Position numbers and translations under genes: made by a program | Notes under the pieces: model-generated | Told to the model about the DNA's origin: nothing | What the model saw: only the letters and a program-made list of their open reading frames with translations | Database searches by the model: none | Assembly (NCBI GenBank): GCA_018650645.1 | Contig: JABIFP010000025.1 | Span: 7,976-71,975, forward strand | Source of the DNA: Candidatus Magasanikiibacteriota bacterium | GTDB lineage: Bacteria; Patescibacteriota; Patescibacteriia; Magasanikbacterales; UBA922 | Direction: 5' to 3' | Length of the DNA stretch: 64,000 nt | Shown here: piece after piece, positions 40,494 through 47,672 of the stretch | Position numbering within the stretch: the first letter of the stretch is position 1 | How the letters are laid out: every line of letters begins with the position of its first letter

Positions 40494-40928
40494 CTACTGC
40501 GAAGCGCAGTACAAGAGCCGAACGGCGTAGCGCTGAGGTGCGAAGCCGATGTCGACGACCTGACGGTTGTCATAGTCGCCCTCCGGCATCTCTTCCTCAG
40601 TCTTCATGACGTCGTGGTCGTCCATGGCGATGAACTCAGCGTCGTCGCGTTCCCCCAGCAGCAAGTCCACAGAGGACCCGTTCTGAGAGAGCAGGTGAAA
40701 CTGCAGCGGCTGACTGACATGAATCCGGAGATTCGTGCTACCCCCCGCCGGAACGCTGAGCAGATCACCCCCATCGAGGACGATGATCAGCGGCTCACTA
40801 CCGGCCTGCAGCCTGAGATCAGTGCTTTCGCACGCCCCCTCGCCGCCGTTGACTTCTTCTTCAGCGCCAGGATCACACCCGGCAACCCCGCCAGCCAAGA
40901 TAGCCAGCACCAACACATATCGTTTCAT
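40494..40928 (-). CDS. putative lipoprotein, GC-rich island (hypothetical)
   Basis: MKRYVLVLAILAGGVAGC has a lipobox. RBS ttggaggggaccATG. ~62% GC. Confidence 0.5.
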   Translation of the reverse strand: MKRYVLVLAILAGGVAGCDPGAEEEVNGGEGACESTDLRLQAGSEPLIIVLDGGDLLSVPAGGSTNLRIHVSQPLQFHLLSQNGSSVDLLLGERDDAEFIAMDDHDVMKTEEEMPEGDYDNRQVVDIGFAPQRYAVRLLYCASQ

Positions 40929-41307
40929 GGTCCCCTCCAAGGATCATTTTTGTTATGCAGCATTTGGCCGCATCTGAACAGTGTAGGGTCAAATGAGCAA
41001 TTTGTCAATGATGATATAGGCATTTTTCAGGAGGCCACCCTATTGACAAAAGCCCATTTTTATGGTATAGTTCTGCGTCGAATTGGTGACCTGATTTCAG
41101 CCTAGTTGAGATGAGTTCATCAGTGGTATTTGGCTAATTTTAGCGAAATATCCAATTGACTCACCAGTAGAGACGGAGCTGAGAAGCCACTCTTGTTACC
41201 TCTGTGACAACAGCGGTTTCTCAGTTCCATACATCAACCACCTCTCCTTCACACCTACCTTTGGAGAGGTATTGCTTCCCGCCAATGGCGGGTGATCGGA
41301 GAGCCGC

Positions 41308-42123
41308 ATGGCTCGCCTTTTCGTTCTGTTCCTGCTCGCCGCCCTGTCCACCGCCTGCGGCGGGAGCTGGGAGAACAGCTACGCCACCAAGAACTACGCG
41401 TGGGGTGAGAGCGATGTCACCCCGAAGCTGAACCCCAAGCAGCTCCAGACCTGGAGCAGCCTGACGGGGAAGATCTCCCGGTCCTACTACCCGGACGGCG
41501 TGGCGTTCTCGAAGTACCAGAACGTCGACACCTGGGATGCCAACCCGAATAAGGAAGGATATCACCCGCCCAAGCGGATCTCTTCCAGTACGGACATGCA
41601 GACAACGGAGAAGGCGCTTCTGACCAAAAAGATCCTCAGGATCTGTATGCCGAGCGCCCCGAAGAAGTGCAACAGGTCCACGACCATTCGCCTCTTCGTT
41701 CCCTTCGAGCAGCCGGACTGGAAGGTACACCCGGAGGGCCTCGTCGCCCATCATCTGATGGGCGACGTGCTCACGCAGCAGGATACCTACACGCTGCTGC
41801 TCCACATCGCCACTCAAATCCGGCAGATTCGCCAACGTAGGTTCCAGCAGTCCTGCAACGAGCAGGGCACGCCTGAGAACCTGCGACGAGTGTGCACGTC
41901 AAACATGAAAGAACATGGCTTCCTCCGCGACTTGAAGCCGCAGATCAACCGGTTGAAGAAGTCCCTATCCATCGGAAGGACGATCTCTGGCCCCTACCTG
42001 CCAATCCAGGAACTCCGAAAGGCGGACAGCGCTCTTGGCGACTACCTGGCCTACCAAAAGGGCGGCACCAAGCTGCACAACCACAAGGAGATGATGGCCC
42101 TCGCCGAGAGCCTCCTCCGTTAA
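41308..42123 (+). CDS. putative lipoprotein, GC-rich island (hypothetical)
   Basis: MARLFVLFLLAALSTACGG carries a lipobox and an upstream GGAGAG RBS. It is preferred over the antisense ORF 41221..41835. Confidence 0.5.
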   Translation: MARLFVLFLLAALSTACGGSWENSYATKNYAWGESDVTPKLNPKQLQTWSSLTGKISRSYYPDGVAFSKYQNVDTWDANPNKEGYHPPKRISSSTDMQTTEKALLTKKILRICMPSAPKKCNRSTTIRLFVPFEQPDWKVHPEGLVAHHLMGDVLTQQDTYTLLLHIATQIRQIRQRRFQQSCNEQGTPENLRRVCTSNMKEHGFLRDLKPQINRLKKSLSIGRTISGPYLPIQELRKADSALGDYLAYQKGGTKLHNHKEMMALAESLLR

Positions 42124-42142
42124 TCACTCTCTACTGGCATCA

Positions 42143-42168
42143 GGCCCGCTCCGGCGGGCCTTTGTCTT
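42143..42168 (+). terminator. GC-rich rho-independent terminator ending island 4
   Basis: ggcccgc tccg gcgggcc followed by tttgtctt. Confidence 0.6.
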
Positions 42169-42226
42169 ATACGCAATATCCGCCAAAGCCATAGCGTAGG
42201 AGGACCCAAAGATATCCCCAATCCTC

Positions 42227-42255
42227 TTGACAAAACCACCAAAATTCGGTATATT
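42227..42255 (+). promoter_or_regulatory. sigma70-type promoter (TTGACA-N17-TATATT) for secE-nusG
   Basis: An exact -35 TTGACA at 42227-42232, a 17-nt spacer, TATATT at 42250-42255, ~40 nt upstream of secE. Confidence 0.55.
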
Positions 42256-42295
42256 CTGAATACATCGGCCTAGGGCCGTTTTTAAATACATTCGT

Positions 42296-42475
42296 ATGAA
42301 TGCTTTGGCAAATTACTTCAAAGAAGCCATCAGCGAACTCAAGAAAGTCGTGTGGCCAACGAAGACGCAAACCAAGAACTATTCACTGATTGTGATCGCC
42401 ATGAGTATTGGTGTTGCCCTCTTTTTCGGAATTTTAGACTTCATCTTAAAACAAGGAGTGACTGCACTTATCTAA
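42296..42475 (+). CDS. secE: preprotein translocase subunit SecE (59 aa, below the ORF-track length cutoff)
   Basis: Hand translation: MNALANYFKEAISELKKVVWPTKTQTKNYSLIVIAMSIGVALFFGILDFILKQGVTALI. It has the canonical KV.WP motif and a single TM, and lies immediately upstream of nusG. Confidence 0.7.
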   Translation: MNALANYFKEAISELKKVVWPTKTQTKNYSLIVIAMSIGVALFFGILDFILKQGVTALI

Positions 42476-42509
42476 GTGCTCCACTCGCCTGTCTCCTTAT
42501 CTTACTTCT

Positions 42510-43055
42510 ATGGCTAAACAGACCCTCGACCTTGGAAAACGTTGGTACGTCCTCCACACATATAGTGGATATGAAGAAAACGTAAAGCGAAATCTGGAAC
42601 AACGTATTGATACCTTCGACATGCATGACAAGATTTGTGCTGTTATGGTGCCCAAAGAAAAGAAAATTAAAATCAAAGCAGGAAAGCGTGTCACTGTTGA
42701 AGAAAAAGTTTTTCCAGGATATGTACTTGTAGAAATGGTAGTAACAGATGATTCTTGGTACGTAGTACGTAATACACCAAACGTAACAGGATTTGTAGGA
42801 GCAGGAACAACACCAGTACCAATCGATCCAAAAGAAATGCTTTCACTCCAAAAACGTGTAAGCGATGATGAACCACTGCACAAAATCGACCTTGATGTTA
42901 ACGATTCGATTCAAATCATTGATGGACCATTTAAAGGATTTGAAGGAAAAGTTAGCGACGTGGATGATGCACGTGGAAAGATCAAGGTACTTGTGAGCAT
43001 GTTCGGAAGAGAAACTCCGGTAGAACTCGATGCACTCCAAGTAAAAAAAGTATAA
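42510..43055 (+). CDS. nusG: transcription termination/antitermination factor NusG
   Basis: NGN domain WYVLHTYSGYEENV and a KOW domain with FKGFEGKV. Confidence 0.95.
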   Translation: MAKQTLDLGKRWYVLHTYSGYEENVKRNLEQRIDTFDMHDKICAVMVPKEKKIKIKAGKRVTVEEKVFPGYVLVEMVVTDDSWYVVRNTPNVTGFVGAGTTPVPIDPKEMLSLQKRVSDDEPLHKIDLDVNDSIQIIDGPFKGFEGKVSDVDDARGKIKVLVSMFGRETPVELDALQVKKV

Positions 43056-43166
43056 CCCACTCCCCTGTGTGGGGAGCCTAGTACATGCATGTGTGCTGCG
43101 CTCACCACATACGGTGACAACATGCCTATCACTATAGGGCTTCTCATGTTACAAATTTGAATCTAT

Positions 43167-43592
43167 ATGGCAAAAGCAATTAAGGCTCAGATCAAATTGC
43201 AGATCAGAGGTGGCGCTGCTAACCCAGCACCTCCAGTTGGTCCAGCTCTTGGTCAACATGGGCTCAACATTCAAGACTTTTGTACGCAGTTCAACAATGC
43301 AACTGCAGACAAACGTGGAGAAGTAGTACCAGTTGTTATCGACGTGTACGACGACAGAACATTTACCTTCATCATGAAGGTTGCGCCAGCAAGCGCACTC
43401 ATCAAGTCTGCTCTTAACCTAAAGAGTGGATCTGGAAATCCTTTGAAAGAAAAAGTTGCAAAGCTTTCTAAAAAACAATTGCAAGAAATCGCAGAAAAGA
43501 AGATGCCAGACCTCAATGCAAATGACATTGAAGCAGCGATGAAAATTATTGCTGGAACAGCACGACAAATGGGAGTTACTATTGAAGAATAA
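43167..43592 (+). CDS. rplK: 50S ribosomal protein L11
   Basis: The N-terminal [11 protein letters not shown] motif is present, over 141 aa. Confidence 0.95.
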   Translation: MAKAIKAQIKLQIRGGAANPAPPVGPALGQHGLNIQDFCTQFNNATADKRGEVVPVVIDVYDDRTFTFIMKVAPASALIKSALNLKSGSGNPLKEKVAKLSKKQLQEIAEKKMPDLNANDIEAAMKIIAGTARQMGVTIEE

Positions 43593-43608
43593 ACACTCCG
43601 CACATACA

Positions 43609-43637
43609 AAACTCGCCTCAATAGGCGAGTTTTGTTA
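43609..43637 (+). terminator. rho-independent terminator after rplK
   Basis: aaactcgcct caat aggcgagttttgtt. Confidence 0.75.
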
Positions 43638-43668
43638 TACTTGTGATATATTTTTCTTCGCATAGCAT

Positions 43669-44610
43669 ATGCCATCAGTAGTTTCTCGTATTCACTCGCC
43701 AACAGTCGCTATTATTGGCGCTGGTTTTGTTGGCTCTACCATTGCATATGCGCTCGCTATAAAAAATATCGCTTCAGAATTATTACTGATCGATATAAAT
43801 AAAGACAAACAAGAAGGAGAAGTCATGGACATTTCAGATGCCATGTGTTTTTTAGAAACAGGATGTGTCAGAAGCGCTACATATAAAGAAGCGCGCAAAG
43901 CAGATATCATTATTGTTACCGCTGGGGTCAATCAAAAACCTGGTGATACTCGATTAGATTTATTAGAAAAAAATGCCGGCATCATGCAATCGATTTTTTC
44001 TTCGATTGGAAAGCTGAGTAAAGATACAATTGTTATTGTCGTCTCAAATCCAGTAGATGTTTTAACGCAGCTTATTACCAAACTTACCAAGCTTCCAGCC
44101 GGACAAGTATTTGGTACAGGAACAACGCTTGATAGCGCACGACTCACATCGATTGTAGGACAGGAACTTGGAGTAAGTCCACAAAGTGTTCGTGGATTTG
44201 TATTAGGCGAACACGGCAACTCACAATTTGTTGCATGGAGCACGGTAACTATTGGCGGCGTACCTGCAAAAGATATTAAGGCGCTTAACGCTAAAGTAAA
44301 AAAGCGCATTGAAAAACGCGTGAAGCAAGAAGCCTATACTATTATTGAAAAAAAGGGAGCAACGTATTACGGCATCGGTCTTACTGTGGCAGACATTGTA
44401 GAAGCTGTCCTCTTTGATCAAAAAAAGATTATGCCAATTTCAGCGCCGCTAAAAAAATGGAATGGGGTGTCTGGAACATCGCTTGGATCCCCGCACGTGG
44501 TAGGAAGAAATGGGGCGGAAAGACAATGGCCAATGACACTTCCACCGCAAGAAAAAAAACAATTTGTGGCTTCAGCAAAATTGCTTCAATCAATGTATAA
44601 CTCGCTATGA
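43669..44610 (+). CDS. ldh: L-lactate dehydrogenase (LDH/MDH family)
   Basis: VAIIGAGFVGS NAD motif, a GEHGNS motif and a catalytic His region. Confidence 0.85.
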   Translation: MPSVVSRIHSPTVAIIGAGFVGSTIAYALAIKNIASELLLIDINKDKQEGEVMDISDAMCFLETGCVRSATYKEARKADIIIVTAGVNQKPGDTRLDLLEKNAGIMQSIFSSIGKLSKDTIVIVVSNPVDVLTQLITKLTKLPAGQVFGTGTTLDSARLTSIVGQELGVSPQSVRGFVLGEHGNSQFVAWSTVTIGGVPAKDIKALNAKVKKRIEKRVKQEAYTIIEKKGATYYGIGLTVADIVEAVLFDQKKIMPISAPLKKWNGVSGTSLGSPHVVGRNGAERQWPMTLPPQEKKQFVASAKLLQSMYNSL

Positions 44611-45470
44611 AATACCTGAAATACACCGCACTGTTTGCTAGTCTTTTGCTGGTGTTTGGATTTGGATGCTCATCAAAGACGCCCGCAGAAACACGCGTTG
44701 CGCAAAATGATGACATTGTTTCAAGCACGCCAATGCAAGAAGCATATTTGTTTTGTACAACACAAGGATACTCGGTTCACATTGAACGTTCTGCGGAATC
44801 TTTAAGTGGACATGTGTATTGTCAGTTTGACGAGGCGCGCAGTTGCCCAGCATTTGAATTCCTTTCTGGCGATTGTGATGTAGAAAATGCTGACGGTCAA
44901 TTACCAGCAGAAACAGCCGCAATTATTGATGAATCAGATCTTTCTATTTCTACTGGGCCAAGATTTTGCCCATCCGTTGCGGAACCGGTGTGTGGAGAAG
45001 ACAGCCGCACGTATGTAAATGATTGTGTAGCAGAACTGCAAGGCGTAGAAATTATTCATGAAGGTGCTTGTGAAAATCCGGTGATTTTAGACGACCCGGC
45101 ATCAGAAACTGACGCATCCGGAAGAAAAAGACGAACAGTTCGGAGTACAAATACATCCAGAAAGACTTCTAGCGGCAGTTCTTCATCAGGATCAACCAGC
45201 CAGTCTACTGACCGAGAGGTCACTCCTGAATCCCCAGATTGGATTGATAGCTTAATTGCTTTACTCCGAGCTGATGCGTCACTCAGCACGGCATCTATTG
45301 ATAGCTGCAAAGCTGGAAGCCGTACGTATTACCTGCAACGAGGAAATTTCTCTGCGCTGTACGATACACGAGGGCAAGTAATTTGTTACCCTGGTAGAGA
45401 CGTGCATGACACATGTCCGGAAAGTTACCGAGATGGCGAATTCAGGTGTCAGGAGATTTGGAAAAAATAG
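44607..45470 (+). CDS. lipoprotein with a DUF333 domain and a Kazal-type protease-inhibitor-like domain
   Basis: Lipobox VFGFGCSS. DUF333-like FCTTQGYS...YCQFDEARSC..EF.SGDC. Kazal signature EPVCGEDSRTYVNDC...EGAC. Translationally coupled to ldh (ATGA overlap). Confidence 0.6.
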   Translation: MKYLKYTALFASLLLVFGFGCSSKTPAETRVAQNDDIVSSTPMQEAYLFCTTQGYSVHIERSAESLSGHVYCQFDEARSCPAFEFLSGDCDVENADGQLPAETAAIIDESDLSISTGPRFCPSVAEPVCGEDSRTYVNDCVAELQGVEIIHEGACENPVILDDPASETDASGRKRRTVRSTNTSRKTSSGSSSSGSTSQSTDREVTPESPDWIDSLIALLRADASLSTASIDSCKAGSRTYYLQRGNFSALYDTRGQVICYPGRDVHDTCPESYRDGEFRCQEIWKK

Positions 45471-45482
45471 CATACAAAAGAA

Positions 45483-45512
45483 AAGAATCGCCAATGGCGA
45501 TTCTTTTTATAT
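45483..45512. terminator. bidirectional rho-independent terminator
   Basis: agaatcgcc aat ggcgattct then ttttat, with an A-rich stretch before it. Confidence 0.7.
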
Positions 45513-45601
45513 ACAAAAAAGCCGCACCAAGGTAACGAGCTTTCTCGTCCGCTTGTGTGCGGCGGTGCACGCGGTTGCATGCGTCCCTCCTTGTTGTGTG
45601 G

Positions 45602-45928
45602 TCAGCCCGGGGGGCCGATGATGATGATCTTGGGAGCAAAGCCGAACCTCTGTCCCGGGTGTCCCAGGATGACTCCACGACTGCCTTCCAAGGTGTCTTG
45701 GACAAACCAGCTCTTGGGGTCACGAAGCTCAAGCTCGCTGACACCCCAGTTCAAGATCAGACCGGTAGCCCCCTCTTCGACCCAATCAAGCCGCTGCTGG
45801 TGCCACGTACTCACATCCTCCGGCGGATAGTAGCGATTCGTGACAAGATCAATGCCAACATGTATCCCGCCATGACGGAAACATACCGTGCCCCCTACGA
45901 AGCGCTTCAACATCTCGAGTGTAACCAT
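45602..45928 (-). CDS. hypothetical protein, GC-rich island (strand assignment uncertain)
   Basis: A 108-aa ORF in tandem (12-nt gap) with the 45940-46299 ORF. The overlapping plus-strand ORF 45557..45958 cannot be excluded. Confidence 0.3.
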   Translation of the reverse strand: MVTLEMLKRFVGGTVCFRHGGIHVGIDLVTNRYYPPEDVSTWHQQRLDWVEEGATGLILNWGVSELELRDPKSWFVQDTLEGSRGVILGHPGQRFGFAPKIIIIGPPG

Positions 45929-45939
45929 CTACCCCTCCT

Positions 45940-46299
45940 CTACTGGTATTCGCACTGATCTCGCAGCGCTTGCCACTGAGTAAACGGCGGTTTCCAGATC
46001 TGGATACGCCGTACGACCAACCGTTTGAGATGGTCTGCGTCGTCCAGCTCGATTCTTCCGCCCTGCTCATGCAGCTTGCAAGAATCCATCAGGATATACG
46101 AGCCGTAGCGATCCGTGGCGACCCGCACAACTCGATACACCCGCACCTCAGCACTAAAAGCCTCTGTCCGAACCGAGACAAAATCCCCGATCTGGAGCAG
46201 GCTCAGCGCAGCGCTCAGTGCGGGCACCGAATCCGGCCGCTGCTGCGCAGAGGCGGTAACCGTCAGCAGAAGAGACACCAAAATCCACAGAACCTTCAT
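45940..46299 (-). CDS. secreted hypothetical protein, GC-rich island
   Basis: A signal peptide MKVLWILVSLLLTVTASAQQ. A strong RBS ctgggaggtcaatATG. Confidence 0.45.
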   Translation of the reverse strand: MKVLWILVSLLLTVTASAQQRPDSVPALSAALSLLQIGDFVSVRTEAFSAEVRVYRVVRVATDRYGSYILMDSCKLHEQGGRIELDDADHLKRLVVRRIQIWKPPFTQWQALRDQCEYQ

Positions 46300-46382
46300 A
46301 TTGACCTCCCAGTCAGTTTTTGCGATATCTGCTCTAGTTGTAGCATACATTCCCAAATATTTCAATACCAGCGCCCCTCATA

Positions 46383-46412
46383 TTGACAAAATCGCCATAA
46401 TATAATAGTATA
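46383..46412 (+). promoter_or_regulatory. putative promoter upstream of rplA (TTGACA ... TAGTAT / TATAAT)
   Basis: catATTGACAaaatcgccataaTATAATagtat. The spacing to TATAAT is short (12 nt), and 18 nt to TAGTAT. Confidence 0.3.
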
Positions 46413-46474
46413 CGCCCACTTAATACATGTGGGACTTCCGTCTAGGAAGGCTATCACCACGTAACCCTATTGCT

Positions 46475-47155
46475 ATGAGCAAGAGAATGAACGAAGCAAA
46501 CGCACAAGTTGAAGCAATTCGCGTATACTCACTTACTGAAGCTGTAGAACTTGTAAAGAAAACAAGCACAGTAAAGTTTGATGCTTCTGTAGAAGTACAT
46601 GTACGACTTGGAATCAACACCAAAAAAGGTGACCAACAAGTACGATCAACTGTGGTTCTTCCACACGGAACAGGAAAAACGAAACGCGTTGCAGCATTTG
46701 TTGCACCGAATGATGAAGAAGCTGCAAAAGCAGCAGGAGCGGACTTGGTACTTGGAGAAGAAGAAATCAAGACATTAAAAACAACAGGAAAAATCGATTT
46801 TGATGTAGCCGTTGCTACACCAGAAATGATGCCAAAGATTGCAGTAGCAGCAAGAGTGCTTGGACCCCGTGGTCTTATGCCAAATCCAAAAACTGATACT
46901 GTAGGAAAAGATTTTGCAAAAATGATTGGTGACCTGAAAAAAGGAAAAGCTGCATTTAAAAATGATGACACAGCAAATGTGCATCAGCTCGTTGGAAAAG
47001 TAAGTTTTTCTGAAGAGCAACTTGTAGAAAACATCACCGCATTCATGGATGCACTGAAAAAAGTAAAACCAGCAACAATGAAAGGAGTTTACTTCAAGTC
47101 ACTCACACTTACGAGTGCTATGGGACCTGGAGTAAAATTCTCTGTAGACGCGTAA
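46475..47155 (+). CDS. rplA: 50S ribosomal protein L1
   Basis: N-terminal MSKRMNEANAQVEAIRVYSLTEAVELVK..., a central DFDVAVATPEMMPKI segment and C-terminal GVYFKSLTLTSAMGPGVKF match L1 over 226 aa. ATG at 46475 in the track ORF frame. Confidence 0.95.
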   Translation: MSKRMNEANAQVEAIRVYSLTEAVELVKKTSTVKFDASVEVHVRLGINTKKGDQQVRSTVVLPHGTGKTKRVAAFVAPNDEEAAKAAGADLVLGEEEIKTLKTTGKIDFDVAVATPEMMPKIAVAARVLGPRGLMPNPKTDTVGKDFAKMIGDLKKGKAAFKNDDTANVHQLVGKVSFSEEQLVENITAFMDALKKVKPATMKGVYFKSLTLTSAMGPGVKFSVDA

Positions 47156-47170
47156 TACCGTTTACAAACA

Positions 47171-47200
47171 AAAACAGCGCATACATGCGCTGTTTTTGTT
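47171..47200. terminator. rho-independent terminator after rplA (copy 1 of a duplicated hairpin)
   Basis: aaaaacagcgcat acat gcgctgtttttgttttt. Confidence 0.8.
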
Positions 47201-47263
47201 TTTCTCCAACGCAGCTAAGAAGCGTTGTTGGGGTTTGTGGTGCCTCTACCCGATCTGACTCCT

Positions 47264-47554
47264 TCAGGTCTCTGCGTCTTGAGGCGAGATAGAATACACG
47301 GAAACACCAATTCCCTCTTTCTGAATCTTCTGCGCGTCCACCAACTCCTCAAGCGCAAACCTGACAGCTGCCAAATTACATGCTGGCAGCGCAGCAAGAA
47401 TTGCTGCGGAAGCAAGAGGCCTCTCACTGCGCTCGAGAACCCTGAGTACGCGTTGACGCACCCTATGCCCAGCCCAGCTTGTCATGGCACCAAACAGCAA
47501 GAACAGCAGCATGACCCCAGCCATCACATACATGATCATGAATATCCCACCCAT
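47264..47554 (-). CDS. small hypothetical membrane / winged-helix-like protein, GC-rich island
   Basis: An N-terminal TM (MGGIFMIMYVMAGVMLLFLLFGAM) followed by a helical segment. The start is ambiguous (ATG at 47554 or TTG at 47596) and there is no clear RBS. Confidence 0.3.
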   Translation of the reverse strand: MGGIFMIMYVMAGVMLLFLLFGAMTSWAGHRVRQRVLRVLERSERPLASAAILAALPACNLAAVRFALEELVDAQKIQKEGIGVSVYSISPQDAET

Positions 47555-47632
47555 TTTGTACTGGCTGAAATTACCAAATGCAGAAGGTATTGTCAATGCT
47601 ACCCACTATCCCGAGTGAATCTAACGAAAACA

Positions 47633-47664
47633 AAAACAGCGCATGTATGCGCTGTTTTTGTTTT
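47633..47664. terminator. rho-independent terminator after rpsA (minus strand; copy 2, inverted, of the same hairpin)
   Basis: aaaaacagcgcat gtat gcgctgtttttgtttt is the exact reverse complement of the 47171-47200 element. Confidence 0.75.
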
Positions 47665-47672
47665 CTGCATGA

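Noticed and set aside
41221-41835. 204-aa minus ORF overlapping the island-4 lipoprotein gene
   Set aside because: The plus-strand partner has a convincing lipoprotein signal peptide and an upstream RBS. The minus ORF lacks both. GC-rich DNA produces long ORFs in many frames.
42352-42585. 77-aa plus ORF overlapping secE and the nusG start
   Set aside because: Different frame from the SecE reading frame, which gives a canonical SecE. It spans two genes.
43056-43166. Hairpin ctcccc-tgtgt-ggggag between nusG and rplK as an L11/L1 leader or attenuator
   Set aside because: There is no T-run and no recognisable L1-binding consensus. It cannot be supported from sequence alone.
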